DNA of 64,000 nucleotides from an uncultured delta proteobacterium. GTDB lineage: Bacteria; Myxococcota_A; Polyangia; Fen-1088. The notes beneath the pieces were generated by a model that saw nothing but the letters and a program-made list of their open reading frames with translations, was not told the DNA's origin and made no database searches. Position numbers and translations under genes: made by a program. Shown here one piece after another: positions 31,155 through 43,213 of the stretch. Positions within the stretch are counted from its first letter, which is position 1. The number at the start of each line of letters is the position of its first letter. The stretch spans positions 160,001-224,000 of the forward strand of contig CAVWIP010000002.1 of NCBI GenBank assembly GCA_963755125.1, in the 5' to 3' direction.

Positions 31155-32603
31155 CTACGTTTCCATCGCCCGCTTCCAGGCGGCGAATCCGCCGCCGGCG
31201 CGGGCGGCCTGGGCCGCGGCCAGACCTTCGGCGAAACCTCCCTGCGCAAGTCGGTGCTCGACCCATGCCCACTTGGGAGCGTCGCCGCTCAGGCGGGCGT
31301 GGCCGCGAAGCTTGCGCCGGAGAAAGGCCAGCTTTTCTTCGAGACTGGCGATGTCCTCCAAGGGCTGATGGTCGAGCGGCGTGTTGCGCTTCGAAACGAA
31401 GGGTGAGACGGTGAGCGACAGCTTGGGCGCGAGAGCCGCCAGGTCCAGCGCCAGGCGTGCCAGCTCGTCGATGTCGGCCGCGGTTTCCCCGGGCAGGCCG
31501 ATCAGCACGTACAGCTTGAGCAGCGCCATGCCGTGGTCGCGGCACAGGCGGGCCGCGCGTAACAGATCCTCGACCCGGGTGTGGCGGTCGACCTGGTCGC
31601 GCAGGCGTTGCGACGCCCCGTCGGCCGCGGTGGTCATGGTCCGGTAGCCTCCGCGGGCCAGCAGTCCGACCAACTCGTCGTCGAGTCGATCGGCGCGCAA
31701 GCTGGATACGCCCACCTCGCGGTCCGCGTCGACCAGGGCGCGCAAGATTTCTGGCAGGGCAGGGTGGTCCGTCACCGCGGCACCCACCAGCCCCACCCGC
31801 CGCGCGTCGGCTGGAACGAGCGACAGCAAGCGTGCGGGCGCGACCGGACGCATGCCCCGGCCGGCCGACCGGCGCAGCACGCAGTAGGAACAGCCTCGGC
31901 TGCACCCGCGCTCGGCCTCGATGAGAAACATGCCTGCGAGCTCGGTGTGTGGCGTGACGATTTGCGAGTAGGCTGGAAGGCAATCGTCGCTGGCGATCGC
32001 GACCTGCGGCGGCGCCTCTCCGTGCCGTGAGGGAACGTAGAGGCCCGGCTTTTGCGCCAGAACCTTGAGCAGGCTTTCGCGGTCGGATTGGTCGCGCAGG
32101 CTGTTCACCAAGATTGGCAGAAGTTCCTCGGCCTCGCCCGTCACGATGACGTCGGCGAATGGGCCGACCGGCACTGGGTTGGAGAATGTCAGCGGGCCGC
32201 CGACTACCACCAGAGGGAAAGTCCGCGCGTGCGCGGCGCGCTCGGCGTGCAGCGCGGGAATTCCGGCAAGATCCAGGCAGGTCACTACGCTGGCCAGTTC
32301 AAGCTCGGAAGCGAGCGAGAAGGCGACCACAGGAAAGTCGCCGACGGGCCGGCCCGATTCGTAGGCGCAAAGCTCCTCGGAAAGTCGGTGCATCTCAGCG
32401 ACGTCGTCGGGAAGGAAGGCGCGCTCTGCGGTGCAGCCAGGCAGAGCGTGCAAAGCACGGTAGATGCTCTGGAACCCCAGCGACGACATGCCCACGTGGT
32501 ACGGGCTCGGATAGCACAGGGCGAAGGCCAGGTCGGCCTGCTTGTGCAAAGTTCCGGTCTCGTCGGCCAGTCGGCTGGCGCGAATCTCGCGAAACGGTGT
32601 CAC
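31155..32603 (-). CDS. Radical SAM protein with B12-binding-like N-domain
   Basis: YPSPYHVGMSSLG, VVGGP, ERGCSRGCSYC (CxxxCxxC), SSLRAD, LIGLPGE, PFVSK.TP. Confidence 0.88.
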   Translation of the reverse strand: MTPFREIRASRLADETGTLHKQADLAFALCYPSPYHVGMSSLGFQSIYRALHALPGCTAERAFLPDDVAEMHRLSEELCAYESGRPVGDFPVVAFSLASELELASVVTCLDLAGIPALHAERAAHARTFPLVVVGGPLTFSNPVPVGPFADVIVTGEAEELLPILVNSLRDQSDRESLLKVLAQKPGLYVPSRHGEAPPQVAIASDDCLPAYSQIVTPHTELAGMFLIEAERGCSRGCSYCVLRRSAGRGMRPVAPARLLSLVPADARRVGLVGAAVTDHPALPEILRALVDADREVGVSSLRADRLDDELVGLLARGGYRTMTTAADGASQRLRDQVDRHTRVEDLLRAARLCRDHGMALLKLYVLIGLPGETAADIDELARLALDLAALAPKLSLTVSPFVSKRNTPLDHQPLEDIASLEEKLAFLRRKLRGHARLSGDAPKWAWVEHRLAQGGFAEGLAAAQAARAGGGFAAWKRAMET

Positions 32604-32621
32604 CGGGACACGCGCGCGCGG

Positions 32622-35426
32622 CTACTTGATGGGCGCGCCATCGAGATCTCGCAACTCCATCTCGCCGAGTCGTCGCAGCGAAGGTTCGATGCTGGTGCGG
32701 TCGCCCACCACCACGATGACCAGGTTGTCGGGGCGCAGGTACTTTTGCGCCGCCTTGCGTACATCCGCGGCGGTGACGGCTGCGATGCGGGCGGAGAAAG
32801 TCTGCAGCTCTTTGTCCGGCAAGTCGTAGACAGCCAGCGCGGCCATTTGCGCGGCCACCTGGTTGGCCGTAGCGAAGCGCGCGGGGAAGGCGCGAATGAT
32901 CTCGTCCTTGGTATCCTTCAGTTCCCTGCCGCCGACCTCGTCGCCGCGCAGGGCGGAAATCTCCTTCAGGATCTCGGTCACGGACTCGGCGGTGTGGCTG
33001 GTCACGAACTCGCCGCCCGTGGTCCAGGGTCCGGGTGCGCGCCGCGCCTCGAACATGGATGCGACCCCATAGGTCCAGCCCTTGGTCTCGCGCAAATTGA
33101 GCGTCAGTCGCTTGAAAGTCCCTCCCAGGATCTGGTTCATGACCAGGGCCCGGTAGTAGTCGGGGTTCTTGCGTTCGATGCCGACCAAGCCCAGTCGAAT
33201 CGACGACTGGGGAGCGCCGGCCTTGTCCACCAGGAAGATCCGCGTCTTCTCGACCGGTGGCGCCTTGGGGATCTTGACCGCCGGTATCGGCTTGGGTTTC
33301 CAGCCGGCGAGCCGTTTTTCCATCTTGGCGCGCAGTTCGGCTTCCTGGATGTCGCCCGCCACCACCAGCACGGCGTTGTTGGGTCGATAGTACTTCTGGA
33401 AGAAGGCTTGAACGTCGCTGCGGGTGATCCGGCGCACTGATTCTTCAGTGCCACCGGTGGGCCAGCCGTAGGGATGACCCTCGCCGTACAGGGCGCGAGC
33501 GAAGACCACGCCGGCAACCAGGGGCGGCGAGTCCTTGCGCCGGGCCAGGGTGGAGAGCAAATTCTCGCGCACCCGCGCCAGATCGTCCTCGGAGAAGGCG
33601 GGCTGCAAGAGAACGTCCGCCCACACGTCGAGCGCGCGGTCGATGTTTTCGGTGAGCGCTGAAACCGACAGCGAGGACGCATCCCAGGTCGCGTTGGTCG
33701 AAAGCGTGGCCCCCAGTTGCGCGATCTCCTCGGCGATCTCGGTGGCGCTGCGGGTGGCGGTTCCCTCGTCGAGCATGTCCGCCACCAGATCGGCCAGGCC
33801 GGCCCGGTCCGGCGGATTCGCGCCGTTTCCGGTGCGTACCACCATCTCCACCCCGACCAGAGGCAGCTTGTGCGACTCGGCCAGGATCACGCGCAGGCCG
33901 TTCTTCAGGCGGAAATGCTTGACCTCCGGCACCTTGAACGGGGGCCTCTCGCCGGGGGCAGGAAGCTTTTGGCGAAATTCGGCGTCCGGGGTCTGGCGCG
34001 CCGTCGGTCCTTCCACGACGGGAGCAGCAGTGACTGGCCGGTCATTGCCGCTCGCAGGCTTCACCAGGCGGCCCATGATGGGTGCGCTGCCGTTGGGCTC
34101 GACGTCGACGGTCACGCGCGCCTGGTTGTGCAAGATCTGGGCGGCCCATTTCTGCAAGACCTCCGGCGTGGCTGCCTCGTATCGGCCAAGGTCGCGGCCC
34201 AGGTAATCCGGATCGCCGGCGAACACGTCGTAGGCGAGGAGGCGGCCGGCGAGTCCTTGCAGCGTGTCCAGGCCGCGCACCAGATCGGTCTTGATCTCGT
34301 TGCGTGCGCGCTCCAGTTCGGCGGCTTCGACCGGCTTGCTGCGAAGATCTTCCAACTCTTGGTTGATGACGGTTTCCAGCTCAGCCAGCGTGTGTTCCTG
34401 CAGGGGAACATAGGTGATCTCAAAGGTTCCGCCCAGCATCCGGCTGATGTGCGCAGCGTTCACGGATTGCGCAATCTTCAGTTCGAGAACCAGACGGCGA
34501 TAGAGGCGCGAGCTCTTGCCGCCGCCCAGCACGTTGGCGAGCAGATCCAATTCGGCGTCGCCTGGCGCAAAGTAGGACACCGTGTTCCATGCCTGCAGGC
34601 CGCGCGCCAGGTTGACCTTGGCCTCCATGGCGATGCGGCGCTCGGCCGTGGGCGCAGAAATGGGAGGCACCACTTGTCGCCGCACCGGCGGTCCCGCCGG
34701 GATGGGACCGAAGTATTTTTCCACCAGGCCCTTGACTTGTGCGACGTCGATATCGCCGGCGATGAGCAGCACGGCGTTGTTGGGCGCGTAGTAGCGGTCG
34801 AAGAACGCGCGGATGTCAGTCTCGCCGGCCGCGTCCAGATCCTTCATGGATCCCATCACTTCGTGGTGGTAGGGGTGGCCAGGCGGAAACAAGGCTTCCA
34901 ACTCCACACGAGCCACGCCCCCGAGCGGCGCGTTCTCGATGCGCTGCCGGCGCTCGTTCTTCACGACGTCGCGCTGGTTTTCGAAGGCCGCGCGAAAAGA
35001 AGGCCGATCGAGGAGGAACCCCATGCGCGAACTCTCCAGCCACAGCCCCAATTCCAGCTCGCTTGCCGGCAATGTCTCGAAGTAGTTGGTGCGATCGGTG
35101 CTGGTCGAGCCGTTGCGCGCCGATGCCCCGGCCTGGCCCAGGTACTTGAAGTAGGCATCCTCGGGGATATGCTTGGTCCCCTGGAACATCATGTGCTCGA
35201 AGAGATGGGCGAACCCCGTCTTGCCCGGAGCCTCGTCCTTTGACCCGACCTTGTACCAGACCTCGACGTGCACGATGGGCACCGCGTGGTCCACGTGCAA
35301 GATGACGTCGAGCCCGTTTTGCAACCGGTACTTTTCGAAGGCTGCCTCGGGCGTCGCGGCTCGGGCCGGCGGCGCCACGCAGAAGCAGAGCGCCAGGCCG
35401 GCTGCGATGCGTGAAAGGAAGGGCAT
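32622..35426 (-). CDS. Secreted M16 (pitrilysin/PqqL-like) zinc peptidase, two fused halves
   Basis: Signal peptide ending ARA, GFAHLFEH (HxxEH), NERRQR. Second half lacks HxxEH but has LRETKGWTY. Confidence 0.92.
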   Translation of the reverse strand: MPFLSRIAAGLALCFCVAPPARAATPEAAFEKYRLQNGLDVILHVDHAVPIVHVEVWYKVGSKDEAPGKTGFAHLFEHMMFQGTKHIPEDAYFKYLGQAGASARNGSTSTDRTNYFETLPASELELGLWLESSRMGFLLDRPSFRAAFENQRDVVKNERRQRIENAPLGGVARVELEALFPPGHPYHHEVMGSMKDLDAAGETDIRAFFDRYYAPNNAVLLIAGDIDVAQVKGLVEKYFGPIPAGPPVRRQVVPPISAPTAERRIAMEAKVNLARGLQAWNTVSYFAPGDAELDLLANVLGGGKSSRLYRRLVLELKIAQSVNAAHISRMLGGTFEITYVPLQEHTLAELETVINQELEDLRSKPVEAAELERARNEIKTDLVRGLDTLQGLAGRLLAYDVFAGDPDYLGRDLGRYEAATPEVLQKWAAQILHNQARVTVDVEPNGSAPIMGRLVKPASGNDRPVTAAPVVEGPTARQTPDAEFRQKLPAPGERPPFKVPEVKHFRLKNGLRVILAESHKLPLVGVEMVVRTGNGANPPDRAGLADLVADMLDEGTATRSATEIAEEIAQLGATLSTNATWDASSLSVSALTENIDRALDVWADVLLQPAFSEDDLARVRENLLSTLARRKDSPPLVAGVVFARALYGEGHPYGWPTGGTEESVRRITRSDVQAFFQKYYRPNNAVLVVAGDIQEAELRAKMEKRLAGWKPKPIPAVKIPKAPPVEKTRIFLVDKAGAPQSSIRLGLVGIERKNPDYYRALVMNQILGGTFKRLTLNLRETKGWTYGVASMFEARRAPGPWTTGGEFVTSHTAESVTEILKEISALRGDEVGGRELKDTKDEIIRAFPARFATANQVAAQMAALAVYDLPDKELQTFSARIAAVTAADVRKAAQKYLRPDNLVIVVVGDRTSIEPSLRRLGEMELRDLDGAPIK

Positions 35427-35614
35427 GGGAGGCAGCCTATCGCAAAAACGGCTGGGCCACGAAGACGCCAGACGTTTGGCGAGGACTTGGAGCACCCATG
35501 ACGCCCAAATCGCATGGAAATTCCGACCGGAATAGGGGGTAAACGAAGGATTCACCCTTCTCCACTTGATATGTCGGAGCGGTTGGGACTAATTTGCGCG
35601 CCCGGAGGAACTGC

Positions 35615-38059
<2,445 letters not shown>

Positions 38060-38196
38060 GCCGGTTCTGACGCTCGACCGTGCTGGTCCACCCGGCCGGC
38101 AGCGTATCCGGCGCGCGCAGGTCGCCGAGTCAGGACGAGCACTTGTCATTAGGTGGGTAGTCCACGCCCTGGCTCACGTGGTAGACGGTCTGGCTG

Positions 38197-38400
38197 ATGA
38201 CAACCACGCCGGCTTTCGTTTGTTCTATGTGTCGCAAGCCCATTGCCACGGGCGCCAAGGTGATTCGCTGTTCTGTCTCCACATGCAATTCGGGCAAGAT
38301 CAAGCTGGTATTCTGCTCGCCGGGTTGCTGGGACTCGCATCTGCCCAACGCGCGCCATCGCAACGCCTATTTCGTCGAGGAAGTCGCCCGGCCGGAATAG
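38197..38400 (+). CDS. Small Cys/His zinc-finger protein resembling the N-terminal finger of bacterial ZZ-histones
   Basis: CSMC-x12-CSVSTC-x9-CSPGC-x3-H-x5-H spacing in 67 aa; fills an otherwise empty intergenic gap. Confidence 0.7.
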   Translation: MTTTPAFVCSMCRKPIATGAKVIRCSVSTCNSGKIKLVFCSPGCWDSHLPNARHRNAYFVEEVARPE

Positions 38401-38472
38401 CCACTGTCTCCGTCATCGTGCCAGACGGCAGGTGACTCGTTCGGACTGCTTCGAGAGTAAGATAGCTGGTTC

Positions 38473-39444
38473 GTGCAACCGTCCTTCGCCCTTCTGACTT
38501 TGCAAGCCGTGTCGGTGCTGGTTGCACCGGGGCCGGAGGATGGCTGCCCGTCCGCACGCCAGGTGTCGGCTGCCCTGTCGGAACGTACGCCGGCCATGCA
38601 GAGAACGCGTGAAGCCGATTCAGACTCTGCTCTGACCCTGGTATTGCCGGCGCCTGGAACGCCGCAAGAGCCAAGTGTCTCCCTCATCGACCAGCAGGGG
38701 AGGCTGCGCCTGTTCCGGACTTTGGCCAGGCCCGGCAGCGCGCGCGTGGGCGACTGCGCTGCGCTTGCTGACACCGTGGCCATCATCGTCCAGCGTTACC
38801 TCGAGGAAGTCGAGTTGCCCGAGCTGGAAGCAGGCCGCAAGAGTCCTGCGATCCAGGCGGCGCCGCCCGCGCCATCGCCTGCGCCGATGGTTGCCGCCTC
38901 CCCACTCCGCGCACGGGCCAGGTGGGACGTTGCTCTCGGTATATCCCAGAGATTCTCCAGCCAGACAACCGGACTGGAAGCCTACGACCTGCGACTCTCG
39001 ATCGCTCGTACGCTGGGCGCACGCGCCGATACCGGCCTCCTGGTCCGCCTGTGGGGCGGCGTTTCGGGCTGGACCCAATATGACTGGACCGGCGGTCGTG
39101 GCGAGGTGATTCGTGTTCCCTCAGGGCTGGAGATCATGTGGAGGCGCGCGGTATCGACCGTGGAGCTGCAGCTAGGTCTGGGAGGGCTGCTCGATTGCTG
39201 GATTCTCGGGGCCAGGTACCAGACGAAGGTGCAGTGGGATTCCCGCGTTGCGATCGCGGGTGCGTTGACCGGTGGCATGCAAGTCCCTCTGGGCAAGCGG
39301 CTTTTTGCCCGTCTATTCATCGATCTCGCCGCAGCCGCATTGCACTATGAGTACAACAACCCAACCGTGGACAGGCGAACTGTATTTTCAACTCCTGGCG
39401 TCTTCGGTGACGCGGGACTAGCTTTAGGCATGTCGCTTCGGTGA
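38473..39444 (+). CDS. Exported hypothetical protein: Cys-pair N-domain, Pro linker, probable C-terminal outer-membrane beta-barrel
   Basis: Hydrophobic N-terminus, GCPS...DCAALAD, PAPSPAP linker, amphipathic beta strands with aromatic residues to the C-terminus. Confidence 0.6.
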   Translation: MQPSFALLTLQAVSVLVAPGPEDGCPSARQVSAALSERTPAMQRTREADSDSALTLVLPAPGTPQEPSVSLIDQQGRLRLFRTLARPGSARVGDCAALADTVAIIVQRYLEEVELPELEAGRKSPAIQAAPPAPSPAPMVAASPLRARARWDVALGISQRFSSQTTGLEAYDLRLSIARTLGARADTGLLVRLWGGVSGWTQYDWTGGRGEVIRVPSGLEIMWRRAVSTVELQLGLGGLLDCWILGARYQTKVQWDSRVAIAGALTGGMQVPLGKRLFARLFIDLAAAALHYEYNNPTVDRRTVFSTPGVFGDAGLALGMSLR

Positions 39445-39503
39445 CGAAGGAGATGGACTAGGAGCACTAACTGTACAGCAAGGGAAGCCTGTCAGGAACC
39501 GTC

Positions 39504-40097
39504 GTGTCGCCGGTGAACATGAACCAACAGAATTCTGCAGGAAGCCGTAAACCAAAGCCTGTCGCAGAAGATCAGGCGCTGGTGGAACGTGTTCGCAATG
39601 GGGACGCCCTCGCGTGGCGCTCTCTCTATGAGCGCTTCTCGCAACCGGTGTTCCGCTTTGTCAGTGCGCTTGGCGTGCCTCCCGAGGAACGTGAGGACGC
39701 CGCTCAGGACGTGTTCGTCGCGGTCTACCGCGGGCTGAAGGGGTTCCGTGGGGAGGCGCAGCTATCGACCTGGATCTATCGCATCGCCGCGCGCCACGCC
39801 TCCCACCTGGGCCGGCGGCGACGCATGCGATCGTTTTTGTCGCTTCTGCCCTGGCATGAGACCGAAATCGAACCCCAGCCCGACCCGGTTGAAAGGGCAT
39901 CCGAGTTGCGGCTGCTCGACCGGCTGCTGGACAAGCTGTCACCCAAGAAACGCATGGTCATTGTCCTCTTCGAGATCGAAGGGTTGGGCGTGAATGAAAT
40001 CGCCAACGTGATGGGATGTCCCCCCAATACGGTCTGGTCCCGGCTGCGCCACGCCCGGGCGGAACTCGTCAAGGCGGCGCGGAGGATACCGACATGA
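39504..40097 (+). CDS. ECF RNA polymerase sigma factor
   Basis: EDAAQDVF, FRGEAQLSTWIYRIA (region 2), EIANVMGCPPNTVWSRLRHAR (region 4). Confidence 0.95.
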   Translation: MSPVNMNQQNSAGSRKPKPVAEDQALVERVRNGDALAWRSLYERFSQPVFRFVSALGVPPEEREDAAQDVFVAVYRGLKGFRGEAQLSTWIYRIAARHASHLGRRRRMRSFLSLLPWHETEIEPQPDPVERASELRLLDRLLDKLSPKKRMVIVLFEIEGLGVNEIANVMGCPPNTVWSRLRHARAELVKAARRIPT

Positions 40098-41260
40098 AGT
40101 GGCTCGAACAACATGGTGCCGACGACACGGAGAAATGGCTGGGCGAAGCCCTGAAGGCTGCGCGGCAGCGCACTGGGGACGAGGTGGCGCGCCGTCGGGT
40201 CTGGGCTCGGATCGAGGGCTTGCTGTCGGGCAATAACCTGCCGCTTCTGCGGGCAAGGTCGTTGGTGCTCCCGGCCCTGACCGGGGCACTGGTCGCACTC
40301 GGTGTGGTGGCTGCTCTCTGGATGGTTCCGGCCATGCGCCCTGCCCGTGCGCCTGTGGCCGCAAAGCGGGTCGCTCCGGCCGTCGCGTCGGCGCCGCAGC
40401 CTGGCCTGGTGGCTACCCGGGTTGTATCCCAGATTTCTTCGTCCGCGCCTGTGCGCACCGGTCGAGGCGAGAAAGCCCGCGTGGCATTGGTTGGTGGTAC
40501 GGGAGTCGAACTGGACGCCAATTCTGTGCTGAGTTGGGACGCGGAACGCCGGCCTTCTGTCGAGCGCGGCCAGGCCCGGTTCGAGGTTCCCCATCAGGCG
40601 CCAGGCGCCAGGTTCGCGGTTTCCGCCGGTCCCTATGTGATTAGCGTGGTTGGGACCAAGTTCCACGTGGGCGTGGGCGACGATCGCGTTTCTGTGGAAG
40701 TCGAGGAAGGTGTCGTCGAAGTGTGGCGTGGCGCGCGCTCGGTTCGGCTGGTGGAAGGGGATTCGTGGGCTGGACCGATCCGCGGGTTGGCGCCTCCGGG
40801 CATCGAGCACCGGACATTCGTGCCGGGCACGACCTCGCGGCGGGCAGCTCTTGCGGACAGTCCGGCGCGGATCGAAAACGGTCCAGCGAGCGCGGAATTG
40901 ACCGAGGCGCGGTCGGCGCTCAGCGAAGGCCGGACAGAAGAGGCGCTCGCCATGTTGACTCATTGCGCGAAGGGCGTGGGACCGGCCGCGGAAAATGCCG
41001 CCTACGAGATGGGCCGGGTCTTGCGTGATGGCCTGCATCGCCCTCAGGCCGCCGTCACCGCGTGGCTTGCGTACCGGACGCGCTTTCCCAACGGCTTGCT
41101 GCGGGCGGAGGCGGACCTGTCGATCCTGGAAACCCTGGCCAGGGTCGGCGACAAGGCCGCGGCGCTGGCTGAAGCGGAGTCTTTCTTGGCGCGCTATCCG
41201 AACAGTGAGCGTCGCGAGGAGGTGGCCAAGCTGGCTGCGAGGGTGCGCGGGGCACCGTGA
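40094..41260 (+). CDS. FecR-like anti-sigma factor with C-terminal TPR-like domain
   Basis: ATGA overlap with the sigma stop, GGAGG SD, single TM, VVGTKFHV...VEVEEGVVEV FecR motif, YRTRFPNG / FLARYPNS TPR pattern. Confidence 0.85.
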   Translation: MKWLEQHGADDTEKWLGEALKAARQRTGDEVARRRVWARIEGLLSGNNLPLLRARSLVLPALTGALVALGVVAALWMVPAMRPARAPVAAKRVAPAVASAPQPGLVATRVVSQISSSAPVRTGRGEKARVALVGGTGVELDANSVLSWDAERRPSVERGQARFEVPHQAPGARFAVSAGPYVISVVGTKFHVGVGDDRVSVEVEEGVVEVWRGARSVRLVEGDSWAGPIRGLAPPGIEHRTFVPGTTSRRAALADSPARIENGPASAELTEARSALSEGRTEEALAMLTHCAKGVGPAAENAAYEMGRVLRDGLHRPQAAVTAWLAYRTRFPNGLLRAEADLSILETLARVGDKAAALAEAESFLARYPNSERREEVAKLAARVRGAP

Positions 41261-42393
41261 GGACGACTGGGGCAGCGCGAACGATCCGGCCGAAAGGTCG
41301 AGGCACGGCGAGTGCCTCATGGCTGCCGGTTCTCGTCGGGTTGTCTTGCACGTATTCTGTCGGGCTCCCAGGGGCGGCGGTCGATGCAGGCGGAAGTCCT
41401 GCCGGGACGGGCGGAGTTCAAGGCTTGGATGCGTCCGTGGACCAGTCTGGCGCGGGTGACAGGCAACGGTCCTACCCACTCGATGGATGTGCGTACCCTC
41501 AGTACCTGAGGGTGCTCTCAAACACGGTCGAGATGATTGTTGCCCTCGACCGCTCCACCTCCATGCAACAGCATGTTTTCGACTCGACGACCAGGTTGCA
41601 GGCGGCTCAAGACGCCATCGTGGCGGCGACAGGCAATCATCCGGGCATTTGGTTCGGCCTCGAGCTGTTCCCCTCGTCGACAGACTGCAACGGGGCGTCG
41701 TGTTGTGCGGGCTCGGTGTCGGTTCAGCCCACGTTCAACCAGTCCACCAGCATCGAGACCCAGATGGCGTGCGGATCAGGTGATGCGGGCTGCCCGACCG
41801 CGGGTGATGATTCACCTTCTCCCTCGGCATTGCAGCAGTGCCGCGAGTATTTCGTTGCTGAGGGGTCGCAGGGAGGACGCTCGTCTCAGTTCGTGCTGCT
41901 GATGACCGATCAAGACCCAACCTGTGCGGCCGATTCTTTCGCGGATGGTACACCTTGCACCTCGGGGACGAACGAGGCTGGCAAGCTCGGGGCGAGGAAC
42001 GTCGGCGTTCAGACCTTCGTCGTCGCGCTCAACGGCGACGCACAGGCGACCACTTGCCTGGAAGGAATGGCAGCCGCCAACGCGTCCAGTTTCGGCGGCA
42101 ACTTGCAGTTTTTCTCGGTGACGGATCAGCAGGGGCTGCAGAGCGCACTCGAAACCATCATGATCGCGGCGGAGGCGAACCTGTGCCGGTTTTCCTTGGT
42201 GCACCCGGCCGCCAATCCCTCTCAGGTGGTTGTCGTGGTCAACGGCACGCCCGTGCAACCCGATCCCACCGGCCAGCAGGGATGGACATATTCCGACGCG
42301 ACCTCAAGCGAGGTGGTGCTTTCCGGGGCCGCTTGTAGCCAGTGGCTATCCGGGGGCGCCAGCAGTCCCCAGGTGCTGGCCTGCTCGCAGTGA
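41257..42393 (+). CDS. Cys-rich von Willebrand A-domain lipoprotein
   Basis: GTGA overlap, LVGLS|C lipobox, LDRSTSM MIDAS (DxSxS), LLMTD, C-terminal GWTY...LSGAAC domain typical of myxobacterial vWA proteins. Confidence 0.78.
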   Translation: MRTTGAARTIRPKGRGTASASWLPVLVGLSCTYSVGLPGAAVDAGGSPAGTGGVQGLDASVDQSGAGDRQRSYPLDGCAYPQYLRVLSNTVEMIVALDRSTSMQQHVFDSTTRLQAAQDAIVAATGNHPGIWFGLELFPSSTDCNGASCCAGSVSVQPTFNQSTSIETQMACGSGDAGCPTAGDDSPSPSALQQCREYFVAEGSQGGRSSQFVLLMTDQDPTCAADSFADGTPCTSGTNEAGKLGARNVGVQTFVVALNGDAQATTCLEGMAAANASSFGGNLQFFSVTDQQGLQSALETIMIAAEANLCRFSLVHPAANPSQVVVVVNGTPVQPDPTGQQGWTYSDATSSEVVLSGAACSQWLSGGASSPQVLACSQ

Positions 42394-42417
42394 GACCGCC
42401 TACACGCCGTCTGAAGC

Positions 42418-42984
42418 TCAGGCGCGCCGGCGCAGCAAGTAGCGCAGCAAGGGCGCAGCGTGCAGGGCTTGGATCATGTCGCCGCTATCGATGAGGCCGG
42501 GGATTTCTGGCAGCGGCACAAGGTGAACGCGCAGATCCTCGGTCGCCTCGGGCTGGGCTCGGCCCAGCGCCATCACGCCTTCGGCAAGATAGGACGTGGT
42601 CAGGTTGTTCTGCAGGGCAGGGTTCGCCGACAGGCGGGTGAGCACCGACCACTGACCGCCCCCGTATCCGGTTTCTTCGGCCAGTTCGCGCCGAGCCGCG
42701 GTCTCGACGTCCTCTCCCTCGTCGACCACTCCGGCCGGGATCTCGTAGTGAACGTCGCCCAACCCAGGACGGTACTGTCGGATCAAGACCACCCGATCAT
42801 CCGCTGTCACAGCGACGACGTTGACCCAGGGCGGGTACTCCGAGATCCAGTAGTCGGCGATTTCTCGCCCGCTGGGCAGGCGAAAACGCTGGTGGCGGAG
42901 CACCAGCCAGGGCGGCTGGCGGAACAGATACTTGGTGTCCAGCGCCTGCCACGCCGTGGGGTCATCTGGAAACCGACGGGGCAA
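42418..42984 (-). CDS. NUDIX hydrolase (ADP-ribose pyrophosphatase-like)
   Basis: Nudix box GVVDEGEDVETAARRELAEETGY, LIRQYR; AGGAG SD before TTG. Confidence 0.92.
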   Translation of the reverse strand: MPRRFPDDPTAWQALDTKYLFRQPPWLVLRHQRFRLPSGREIADYWISEYPPWVNVVAVTADDRVVLIRQYRPGLGDVHYEIPAGVVDEGEDVETAARRELAEETGYGGGQWSVLTRLSANPALQNNLTTSYLAEGVMALGRAQPEATEDLRVHLVPLPEIPGLIDSGDMIQALHAAPLLRYLLRRRA

Positions 42985-43213
42985 GGGCGACTACTCCTGC
43001 CCCGCGCGTCGAGCGGGAGTCGGGGTAGACAAGGCGATGGCGAACTGATGCAGCACGGAAGTCAGTATTCAGGATCGCGCGGCTGGCGACAAGGCGTGAA
43101 GTAGCCGCTGCACCACCAATCTGACGAATTCCGTCGCCCGCGGCTGGCCGGACGCGAAGGCGCGCAGGCTATGGCGGCGAAGCGGTTTTCGAGTACGCTA
43201 ACCGGTTGTTCCC

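Noticed and set aside
42991..43028. Hairpin covering the NUDIX Shine-Dalgarno as a thermometer or riboswitch
   Set aside because: Imperfect stem, weaker on the coding strand, and common by chance in GC-rich DNA; no recognisable family.
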